From Phaeosaccion multiseriatum (taxonomy: Eukaryota; Protista; Ochrophyta, other classes): a DNA stretch of 64,000 nt. The first letter of the stretch is position 1. Each line of letters begins with the position of its first letter. Under the pieces are notes generated by a model. The model did no database searches, had not been told where the DNA came from, and was given only the letters and a program-made list of their open reading frames with translations. The DNA lies in NCBI GenBank assembly GCA_965112735.1, contig OZ218950.1:3286001-3350000 (forward strand), read 5' to 3'. This document shows positions 23,850 through 33,569 of this stretch, in pieces. The translations under genes were made by a program, and so were the position numbers.

Positions 23850-26073
23850 TGCAGCAGCAGAAGTAGAGGTGATATCGGAAGAGGAGAGTGGCAAACTCTC
23901 GACGTCAACGGACCCGACGTCAACGGACCGCGCTGCACTTCTGATCCCACCACCGCGGGCTCTCGTATCGTTAAAAAAAAAGTGGCAGTGGCAGGACGAG
24001 CTAGAGGGGTACTCAAGACCGGGAGATGGAGCTGTGCGCCAGTATCTCGACACGGCCCTCAGCTCCCTCAGCAAGGAAGAGCTAGGGACTATGGGTGCCC
24101 ATCTGCACGGCAGCCAATTAGGGGTGGGGGCAGACTCGTGGTACTCCGTGGACGAGGCGCAAGTTCCGTCTGCGCTCTACTTGGAGCAGGTGCTGTTTTT
24201 CAAAACGCTTGGGCTTGGCCGTGCTGCAATCAGGGCAGTCTTGATCGTGCGATGTAAGCGCCTTTTCAGTGAGACGCCCGAATACCTGCGCAATCTGATG
24301 GGCCAGTTGGAGAACTATGTCAAGCTCACGCACCCGCAGATTGCTCAGCTGATGCTCCGGGACGCACGCCTGCTCTGCAGCAGCACCGACTCCATTGGCG
24401 ACGGCGATGGTGATGATAAGGGCAAAGTTTTTACCGTCCAGAGCCTGCAGCGGCTGAGGAGCAGCATCGGTCTGTCGAACGCCCAACTCTCGCGCCTCAT
24501 TTTGACGCTCCCCATCTTAAAGGCGCTGGCCGAGGACATGACCAGCACGGAGGTGAAGCCAAATCGGAAGAAGGTTCGCGACTTGCTGCAGCTGACCGTG
24601 CAAGAGGCGCTGGAGATGGAGCTCATGTATCCAGCCATGTTCAGCTTTCATGTGGATAAGTACCTCGTGCCCAAGCTGCAGTGGCTTCAGGACGTTATGC
24701 AGATTGACCGCAAACAGCTCAAAAAGGTCATCCGGCGAACGCCCTGCTTGACGGGTCTCTCCATCGAGAAGAACTTGCACCCTACCATGGAGGCCTTGAA
24801 GAAGGAGCTACGCTTGACCAACCTCGAGCTGGTCCGCATCATCCGACATGAGCCGGAAATACTCAATATGAGCTGGGACAACAATGTGCGCCCGAAGATC
24901 AAGTGGCTTCGCGACAGGCTCACTCTCACCGAGGCAGAGCTGCGCCGAATGGTGTCGATGTTCCCCAGTCTGTTGGTGTACAACGTGGAGACTAACATGA
25001 CGCGTAAAGTGGACTACCTGAGCATCGACCTCGGGCTCACACAAAAGTACGTCAAAAGGACCTTCAAGAGCTTCCCGGCCGTGTTTGGGTATTCCATCTT
25101 GGAGAATATGGAGCCCAAGCTGTGGTACCTGCAGCTGCGCCTCGGCTTCGAGTCTCGGGAGCAGACCATTCGGAGAACAGTCGTGACTCAGCCCGCGCTG
25201 TGGGGGCTCTCGCGGGCCAACATCGAGGCTAAGCTCTCTTTCTACGAGGAGGAGATGGGCGCGTCGCTGGAGCAGCTGCGCAGGTGCGTGAGTGTGTGCG
25301 GTGTGGTGTGGCGTGGTGTGGTTTTAAGGGGGAGGGGGGGGCGGGGTGTGGAGGCGTGGGCGACGTGCCTACGTTGTGCGCACTCTATTGCTTCGGGAAG
25401 GGGCAGGATAGGGCGGGCGGTTTCAGTTTTTTCTTTTATCTTTCTGAACTATTCTTCGTGCGGCGAAGTGCAAGGAGCTTTGCGCTTGCCGCTGTCACCA
25501 CCTTTCTTTCCATCATTCTCTCTTTGTCATCACCGCGCCCGCCAAGTGCATGCCTTCCTTCCGCTTCCTCATCTGCCTCTTCCCTCTGCCCCACCCTCCC
25601 CCGTTCTTTCCCTGCCTGCTCCCTCCGCTCCCTTCAGAACGATGACGGCCATGAGCACGAGTGTGGAACAGAGGCTACGCCCACGCGTGGCTTGCATGCG
25701 GCATGCCGGCATCACTCCCACCTACGTGCCCCATCGGAGCGTTGTCGCCAAGCTCACAGACAAGGCCTTCGACGAGTGGATGGTGGAGAACGAGGGGGTC
25801 AACCCGCGCCTGACGTATATGGAGTACCTCACGGTCTTTCTCGGGATGGAGCATGGCGAGGCATGTCGAGAGATGAGCGCCTACCCGCGGAGGTGGCCCT
25901 TCCTCGCGAGGAACGAGGGCGAGTGCGCGGCCTCCTTGGCCGACGGGAGGGACACGGGGAAGGAGGACGGCGGCGGTAGCGAGAAGACCAGGACACGGGT
26001 GGCTCATCGCCTGCTGCAGCCAGACGTGCCGTTGGATGACATCACCACGTGGTGGGAGAAGATCAGTACTTAG
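23377..26073 (+). CDS. mTERF-repeat protein 1 (organelle-targeted), with one in-frame intron at 25284-25637
   Basis: ~36-aa mTERF repeats (P...L..S...N..PK..WL...L.L). The 354-nt GT..AG intron is stopless, so the ORF track reads through it. The leader ...LADA|WVG resembles a plastid bipartite signal. Confidence 0.9.
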
Positions 26074-26302
26074 CAATCCTTTTGTAGTATATATAATATG
26101 TATGTATGTATAAGCTGGAGAGTAACAGCAGTAACTCAGAGAAGAAGGAAAGAGAGAAAGGAGGGGGGTATAAGCCAACAACCCCGGGGGGAATTTGACT
26201 TTAAGCTTGTCCGGCCCCTGCTCCCCTCCTCCTCCCCTCAACCGATCCTCAACCTCTCCCTCTTCTCTCCAGCGAGCAAAATGCCACAGTGAGCGGAGGA
26301 GT

Positions 26303-29128
26303 ATGAAAGTAGGAAGCATACTTGCTGTGTTAAGCTTCCTTCACAGTAGTGACCGAAACCACACGCGGGGTAGGCAATATGGGGTACGGGGGGTCGAGGG
26401 CTGGGCGACACAGCCCTCAGCCGCAGCAGCACCAGGGGAAGGAATCCGGAGGAGAGCAGGGTTTAGGAGACCGCGCTCTCCAGGCCGGCAGCAGCAGGGG
26501 GAGGAGGAGTGTCACCATGGGCAGCGACTCTTCGCCAGACAGCAGTACAATCGCCTTTCGTACATGGCCTCTGAATATGAGGACGAGCCGGAGGTGTTGG
26601 AGATGACACCCAAGGTGGAGTGGCTCAGAGACAAGCTCAACCTGAGCGAGCATGAAGTCTCCAAGATTTTCATCTACCACCCTCAGATATCGGCGCTGAG
26701 TATTGAGACCACCGTGGCTCCCAAGCTGTTGTGGTTGGAGGAGAAACTGGGTTTGACTCCAGAGCAGCTGTCGAGGATGGTGGTGCGGCTACCGCAGATT
26801 TTGGATTATAGCATCGAAAAGAACATGGCGCCCAAGATGGTCTGGATGGAGAATGATCTGGGGCTTAGTAAGGCCCAGGTGGCCAAGGTGCTGCGATCTC
26901 GGCCTGCCATTCTGTCGTGTAGCGTGGAGGAGAACCTCGAGCCCAAGGTGGAGTTTTTTCGGCGGGAGCTGGGCATTTCACCCGAGCAGCTGATCAAGAT
27001 GGTGACCAAGGAGCCTGCCCTGCTGTCATATAGTCTGCAGGACAATATCTCGCCCAAGGTGGCGTGGCTGGTCCGCGAGCTGCGGATGAGTAAGGCGGAG
27101 GTGGCCAAGGTGGTGTCCACGTGCCCCGAAGTCCTTCGCTGCAGCATTCAGGACACCATGGCCCCCAAAGTGCTGTGGCTGTTGCGAAATCTGGGGCTGA
27201 CGCGCCAGCAGGTGGCCAAAATGTTGGTGAAAGTGCCCTCCATCTTGGCCTACAGCATCTCCGACAACCTCCACCCCAAGCTGGTGTGGCTCAAGGACGA
27301 ACTGGGCTTGTCCCCTGCCGCCCTCGTCAAGATGGTGCGCACGCTGCCCAATATCCTCTGCTACAGCATCTCCGACAATATGCAGCCGAAGCTGGACTGG
27401 CTCAACACAGAGCTGGGCCTCAACCCTCAGCAGGTGTCGAAGATGGTGGTACGCTATCCCAACATTTTTGCCTACAGTATTGAAGAGAACATGCAGCCCA
27501 AGCTCGACTGGATGGAGAATGAGCTCGGCATTAAGCCGGAGAGAGTCGCGAAAATGGTCACGGCGTTCCCCTCGATTTTCAGCTATAGCATTGAAAGGAA
27601 CATGAAGCCCAAAGTGGAGTGGATGGAGGACAAGCTGGGCCTCACCCGAGAGCAAGTGGTGGCGATTTTGATTCACAACCCCAACATTTTCATTTACAGT
27701 GAGGAGGACAACCTCGACCCCAAGATGGAGTGGATGAGAGACCACTTGTGCCTCAGCACGGAGCAGGTGTCCCGCATCATGACGCAAAACCCCAAAGTAC
27801 TGGGCTTGAGCATCACCACCAACCTGCAGCCCAAGATGGACTTTTTCCAGACCACCTTCGGGATGGACTCTCTGCAGGAGGCGGCGCAGCTCACAGTGGC
27901 CAAGATCCCTGCCATGTGGTCGCTGTCGTTTGTCAACATCCAGGAAAAGCTCGACTTTTACGCCAAGGAGCTGGGGGCGGACACCCCGGAGAAGCTACGG
28001 ATGGTCATCCCTACCATGTCGGCAAGTGTGGAGCAGCGCTTGCGACCCCGTGCTGCCGCAGTGCGAGCGGCCGGCATCACGCTGTCTATGGAGCATCTCA
28101 CGCTTGTGTCCAACTATCCTGCGCCCAGATTTGAGACGTGGTTGGTGAAGCACGGGAACGGTCGGAGGCTGCCATACGTGGAGTACCTCACCAGTTACGC
28201 AGAGCCGCGTCTCAATGCGGAGGCGGCGGCAGCAGCGATGCTCAAATTCCCGGACAGGTGGCCTTTCTTGGCGAGGGAAGGGGAGGTTCGGGCAAAGGCA
28301 AAGGTAAAAAAGGCGAAGGCGAAGGTCAAGACCAAGGCAAAGGCAAAGGCCAAGCCCAAGGCCAGGGCCAAGGTCAAGGCGAGTATTAGTATGGGTAGTG
28401 GCAGAGGCAGTGGGGACGATGCTTTAGAGGGGACTGCTGCCAGCCTTAGCAGTAGCAGCGCCAGCATCAGCACCGGCACCACCACCACCACCACCACCAC
28501 CAGGAAGGTAAAGGCAGGGAAGAAGAAGGTGCAAGAGAGTTTGGCGTGTTTGGCGGCGGCCGCTGTGGTTGGGGCGGCCACCGCACCGAATGAAGAGGGG
28601 GCGGACCTCGCTTTGCCAGAGGCGACCGCCATTGCTGAGGCGACAACTTGCTTGGTGGCAAGGAGAACAGCGGCAGCGGCAGCAGCAGCAGCAGCAGAGG
28701 CTGCAGCAGAGGGAGGAGGGGCGGCAGCGGCAGTTACAGGAGGGGCAAGAGCGGGATCTGCGGCAGTGGTGTTGGGGGCGGAAGGGGCAAAGAAGGTACC
28801 TGCGAAGAAGCCGCGGAAGGCCCAAGTCAAGGCGGTTGGGGCGAAGAAGCTTGCTGTGAAGAAGGTCACCGTAAAAAAGCCGAGAAAGGCGCCCAAGAAG
28901 AAGACAGCATTAGAAACAACAGCGGCAGCAGCAGTAGCAGGAGCAACAGCAGCACCAGCAGGGGATGTAGTGCCGGTGAAGAAGGTCACGAGATCGGCCA
29001 AGCCTGCGGCCAAGCCCCGCGCGAGGAAGCAGCAGCCCCTGGCCACGAAGAAGGAGAAGAAGGCAGCGGTTCGGCCGAGGAAGAAGAGCCCAGTGGCAAT
29101 GGTGGCGTCAGCGGAGGCGGAAGCGTGA
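26303..29128 (+). CDS. mTERF-repeat protein 2 with a histone-H1-like Lys/Ala/Pro-rich C-terminal tail
   Basis: About 12 regular 36-aa repeats (P.IL.YSIE.N..PK..W....LGL...QV.KM), followed by a tail with KAKAK, KKVPAKKPRK and KKPRKAPKKK. Confidence 0.93.
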   Translation: MKVGSILAVLSFLHSSDRNHTRGRQYGVRGVEGWATQPSAAAAPGEGIRRRAGFRRPRSPGRQQQGEEECHHGQRLFARQQYNRLSYMASEYEDEPEVLEMTPKVEWLRDKLNLSEHEVSKIFIYHPQISALSIETTVAPKLLWLEEKLGLTPEQLSRMVVRLPQILDYSIEKNMAPKMVWMENDLGLSKAQVAKVLRSRPAILSCSVEENLEPKVEFFRRELGISPEQLIKMVTKEPALLSYSLQDNISPKVAWLVRELRMSKAEVAKVVSTCPEVLRCSIQDTMAPKVLWLLRNLGLTRQQVAKMLVKVPSILAYSISDNLHPKLVWLKDELGLSPAALVKMVRTLPNILCYSISDNMQPKLDWLNTELGLNPQQVSKMVVRYPNIFAYSIEENMQPKLDWMENELGIKPERVAKMVTAFPSIFSYSIERNMKPKVEWMEDKLGLTREQVVAILIHNPNIFIYSEEDNLDPKMEWMRDHLCLSTEQVSRIMTQNPKVLGLSITTNLQPKMDFFQTTFGMDSLQEAAQLTVAKIPAMWSLSFVNIQEKLDFYAKELGADTPEKLRMVIPTMSASVEQRLRPRAAAVRAAGITLSMEHLTLVSNYPAPRFETWLVKHGNGRRLPYVEYLTSYAEPRLNAEAAAAAMLKFPDRWPFLAREGEVRAKAKVKKAKAKVKTKAKAKAKPKARAKVKASISMGSGRGSGDDALEGTAASLSSSSASISTGTTTTTTTTRKVKAGKKKVQESLACLAAAAVVGAATAPNEEGADLALPEATAIAEATTCLVARRTAAAAAAAAAEAAAEGGGAAAAVTGGARAGSAAVVLGAEGAKKVPAKKPRKAQVKAVGAKKLAVKKVTVKKPRKAPKKKTALETTAAAAVAGATAAPAGDVVPVKKVTRSAKPAAKPRARKQQPLATKKEKKAAVRPRKKSPVAMVASAEAEA

Positions 29129-29862
29129 GGGCAGCACTCACTCACGCACGCACGCACTCACTCACTCACTTGGAGGGCCTCCGGTCTGAGTTGCGATTGC
29201 GTTGGCGCTCCCCCCAGGAGGGTCTGCTGCCTTTAGAAGTCCTGCTGTGCCTTGGCCCACAGGCACGTGTGTGTATATATATACATAGTTTTAGCTTCAT
29301 TTTTTAATTTCATTTAAGAGTAAAACCTGGATGAACGGACAGCTAATCGGTTTTGCTGCTAACTCTGAAGGATACAGGTTGTTTGAGGTTCCGATGGCTT
29401 TATTGTGCCTCCCTTACCTATGGCTACTCTGGACGCTGAGCAGAAATTCACACGCACCTCTGGAAAGTGGAAAAAGGGGGGGGGGGGGGCGAGGGGGGGG
29501 CCATTTTCCCAGCGGACAGACACCCAATTCCCTTACGTGCCGTACTTATGTAAGGATGTGACGTACTTACGTAAGTATGCGACGCACTTACGTAAGCTTC
29601 TAAAAGTAATATCTATTGATGACCGGTTTTGGTGGGGCGAGATGCCCCACTCGGTGAAAGTGGGTATTTTTAGTACCCAATTTTTTTAAAAGTGGGTATT
29701 TTTAGTACAGTACCCAATATGGACCAGTAGCGCCCCTTCCCCCCCCCCTCCTTTTTTTGTGTGTGTGTCTGCCCCTGCTACAGGGGAAAATATACTACGC
29801 TATGATATGACGATATAATGGTATTACCACGATAACAATGGTATTCATATTTACAGACACAC

Positions 29863-30180
29863 TTAGTGTCCGTCCTCAATCATGCATGGCTTACAGTAGT
29901 AGTCAAAATCGCCTTCCACAAAACCCTTGCTGTCGCAAAACTCGACGGTGCACATGTGGTGCACGAGGTTTCCACACGCTCTTTCGGATGGGCAGAGGAA
30001 CAGCTTGACTTGCGAGGGCTTAGTACAGCCATACGAGCATGTGAAGGCCATGTCTCCCTCTCTCAAGCCGCCCAACGACGGCGCTGCTGACGCGGCAGCA
30101 GCGGCAGTAGCGGCCGCAGCGGCCGCATCAGAGGCAGCAGCAGAAGCAGCATCAGAAGCAGTACCAGTACCAGTACGCTG
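29863..30180 (-). CDS. PHD-like (C4HC3) zinc-finger module, -1 frame continuation of the recombinase
   Basis: QRTGTG...FTCSYGC...LFLCPSERACGNLVHHMC...YYCKPC*. It joins the recombinase frame if the A8 run at 30181-30188 is read as A9 or slipped -1. Confidence 0.65.
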   Translation of the reverse strand, partial: QRTGTGTASDAASAAASDAAAAAATAAAAASAAPSLGGLREGDMAFTCSYGCTKPSQVKLFLCPSERACGNLVHHMCTVEFCDSKGFVEGDFDYYCKPCMIEDGH

Positions 30181-32913
30181 TTTTTTTTGGGCCCCCCTTC
30201 CCCCACCCCTTCCTCCTCGTCCTCCTCCGGCTCCGCCTCCTCCTGTTGCAGCAGCAGCAGCAGCAGCAGCATTGCTGCTGCCACCTCCTCCTCGTCGTCC
30301 TCTGCACCGCTATCACCTCCATCCCCCTCCTTCGACTCGTCTGCACCAGTGCCACTTTCCTTCGCCCTCGCCCGCTTCGCCCGTTTTTTCGCGTCCGCCT
30401 GCTGCGCGCTCCATAAAATATACACGGTGGTCCACACCAGCTGATTGAAGCGGCGCTTGTGAGAATCAGAACGAGACTTGATGTCAAAGGCGTCTTTGAC
30501 TGCGTCAAACATGCTTCGCGCTTCTTCAAGCGTCGGCTTGTCCTTCCAGAGCCCCTTTTCTTTCGCCGCGGATTCAATCGCACCCATCAAACAGCAAAAT
30601 TTTGACATCCTTCGCTTCTCCGCCCTCCCCTGCACGTCTGCTGTCGTGAATTCTCGAAGGCGAGGAGTGCCTGTCATCCAAGCATCCCAAGCAGCGCGCA
30701 CAGTGAAGCTAGGGACCTCAAAGTGCTCGGGAAGGGTATGCCACCGGCCGTTGTAGAGATACAGAGGTGGCTGATCTGCACCTGCACAAGAAGAAGAAGA
30801 GGGCGGGGCGCTGCTCGAACCCTCACCAAGGCCCAGAGTGCCTGCCTGGTGAGCCGCGAGAAGGTCGCTGAGCCCACTCTTAGAAAAGGCTGCGTCGAGG
30901 GTCGTCTGCAGGGCCCTGCTCACACCCAGACTGGTGACAGTGCCAGAGGCCTGTGCATTCTCCTCCAGAACGTCACGGATCAGCGTCTCCAAGTCGACCT
31001 TGATCGTCTGGCCCAACACCTCAAGCTTGCCGCCTAGAGAGGCCACGCTGTCCGCCACGACTTGGAATTGCCTCAGCTGCACGACGTGGGGAGGAATCCC
31101 GGTTGCAGAAATCTCGTCCGTCTCGTCCGGATACTTCAGCACGACATGCTCTGAAAGGTCCGCCAGCAACCTTTGATCTCGGAAGAGCTGTGTCGTGAAA
31201 AGAGGGTGATTCTCCTGAAGAGTGCTGCGCAGAAAGCCGGCGTGGTACACCACACTGGCAAGACAGAATTCAGCCACCTTCCTCAATCTCAGCGGCACGT
31301 CCCTGAAGCAGCTCACAATGGCTCCCGCGAGCACGTCTTCAATGCCCTCCTTCGCTGTGCCGTCCACCTTGAGGCGCTGAAAAAAGGGAGGAAGCAATGC
31401 AAACTCCTTCGCTGAGATGTTCGCCCCGGAGGCAGCCCGGCCCACATACTGATCTGCTGCATTGATGGGGTTGAAGTAGATGCCCTGGACGCCGGGAAGA
31501 GACCATCCCATTCGAAGTTGCACAGCAATTGGGTTGGGAGCAGCGGACGAGCCGCTTGTGACGTGCGAGGCAGCGCCCTTGCGCCCAGAATGAGTGCCGA
31601 GGTCCTCTGGAGTCAGCCCCATGCCTTCCAAAATGGACGAGTTCGCCGCCGCCGTACGTCTGAGGAAGCCGCAATACCTATCGTACTGATTGTTGCCAGC
31701 GAACAGCGCGTTCTTCTCAAAACCAAAGCTCAGGAGGTAAACACCAAGCGCGAGGACGGGGCAGATCTCCGGCATGATTGGATTCGCGTAGACGTGGCGA
31801 GGATGTCGGGCCTTCTCTCCCAGCTGGTCGCCCTTTTGCTTCCCAAAATAGACGCAGAGCGCGTCCCCCTTCCACTCGAGATGATCGAGACAAATCTCCA
31901 CACAGTTGGTGGCGCGGCACATCAGATTCCAGGAGAGAACGAGGAAGGGGTGGCCAAAGGCGCCCTGTCTGTGCCCGTTCTCACAGACTGCCGAGCTCAG
32001 CATTGCTGCGATGTACACAAGCGAAGGAAACAGTGGCAACCAAAGACGGCGTCAGGGCTAGGAAGTGAGTGGGGGGCAGTCAATGCATCAGCCACTTGTC
32101 TCCACCCACTCCACTAGTTTCCACTGTCCACTGACTCCACACAGCTGGGAATTTACCTTTGGCAAGAGCGCGGTAGAGAGCGAACGGCATGGGAGCCTTC
32201 CCTTCTCTGACTTCGACATTTCCCTCCTGCTTCTCTCCTGCGATCGTCCTCTTCAGCCCCTTGGTGAGCGTCGCAAGGTCGCTTTGCAATTTGCGGTGCT
32301 GCTCCTCCTGATGGTAGTCTCTGTACAGATTGAAGAGTGCAGAGCGTTTCGACTGTGCACCGGCCTTGGATAAGCCCTTCGGCCCCTTCTTGACTTCAAG
32401 CAGCCACCCGAAGAACGCGTCGGCTGTCAGCAGATGGAACAGCAAAGGGTGCGGCGCCCGAGGTGCTTGGATCAAGTGTGCCTTCACCCGCTTCGTCCAC
32501 TGCGCCTCAGCCTTCTTCTTGGCCTTTGCTTGGGCTTTCGCTGCTCTCGACACCTCAGCCGGCGTCTGCTGTGCCGCTGCAGTGGCACCACCCGCTCCGC
32601 CAGGTGCGGCGGCTGCTGCGGCTGCTGCTGCTCTCCTCTGTGCTTCCTCCTCTTCCCCATCTTCCCCGTCTTCCTCCTCTTCCCCCTCCGGTGGAGCAAA
32701 TGCTGTCCTGAAGTCAGGGTCCAGAAGCTCCGGGTGCTTGCGGAAGACGTATCGGATCAGCATCGTGGAGGCGCATGCATATCCACTTCTCGAGCGTGGG
32801 GCGATGGTGTTGTTTCGGGGGTTCTGAATCTGCTGCTGCTCTGCAGTAAGCGGTGCTTCTTCCCCCTCTGCTGCTGGTGCTTCCGGAACCGTAGCAACAG
32901 CGACGTCAGCCAT
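30063..32913 (-). CDS. CryptonS-type tyrosine recombinase, ~899 aa
   Basis: Exons 32913-32157 and 32005-30063 (151-nt GT-AG intron, phase 1, giving ALAK|AMLSS). Catalytic set: SWNLMCR (R), KQKGDQ (K), GTHSGRKG (H..R), RMGW (W) and VQGIY (Y). Also RHVYANP..PEICPVLAL, DQYVGR and FALLPPFF, typical of stramenopile Cryptons. Confidence 0.9.
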
Positions 32914-33569
32914 GGTATACTCTGTTCTCCTGCAAATTCACGTGGGAGATGCCCCTCCCACCACTGGCATCAGCTGTTACAGCCGGGTATCGTCCGCGCA
33001 GCCGCTGCTCCTCTTACATAGCTGCACTGTGCAAATATGCTGATGCTGTGAATGAAATAAACTCCACGTGGGGAGGGGGGGGAGAATGCCCCACAACCAA
33101 AAAATATTGGATAAAAAACTTGAAAAACGAGCATTTATGGCCCATAAAATATCCAAAACAATTATTTCGTGGGGCAGGTGCCCCACTTCACGGTACTATT
33201 AGACATACGGACTACAGAGAACTTTTCCCATTTCTCTGATTCTATGATCCCTTAGTAACTTACTCCCGACTTCTAAAGGTGGCAATGTGTTCGTAAGAGG
33301 CAGGGCCAAGACAGGGAGGCAAGTACGGCGCCAGTAGTGGCTAAAGAAGAAAAAGGGGGGGGGGGGGGGGGGGGGGGGTAGGCCCTGTCCGCAAAACGGG
33401 TGTGTCCGCCCATCCAGGTTTTACTCTTAATTCTAATTTTTTAAAATTAAAACAAATAATTACACGGCCGGGTCCCAACCGCTCACAGATCGATACTCAC
33501 GCTGGACACACAACAGGTGAACAAAAGGGACCGATGTTCGGCCCGGAGCATATCCCAGAGCCGTAAGAT

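Larger units (their letters stand above)
29318..33426. mobile_element. 4.1-kb TIR element with TTAA TSDs (Sola3/Kolobok-type ends) carrying a Crypton-type tyrosine recombinase
   Basis: TTAA|GAGTAAAACCTGGATGAACGGACA (29318-29341) and TGTCCGCCCATCCAGGTTTTACTC|TTAA (33403-33426) are 22/24 inverted identical. TTAA lies at 29314-29317 and 33427-33430. Confidence 0.88.

Noticed and set aside
29597-33277. CTTCTAAA direct repeat (29597 and 33270) as the TSD of a further nested element
   Set aside because: No convincing TIR lies immediately inside, and an 8-mer match in AT-rich flanks can be chance.
29318-33426. RNA-guided nuclease (Fanzor/TnpB) or DDE transposase cargo in the TIR element
   Set aside because: No RuvC or DDE motifs were seen in any ORF inside the element, and there is no spare coding space.
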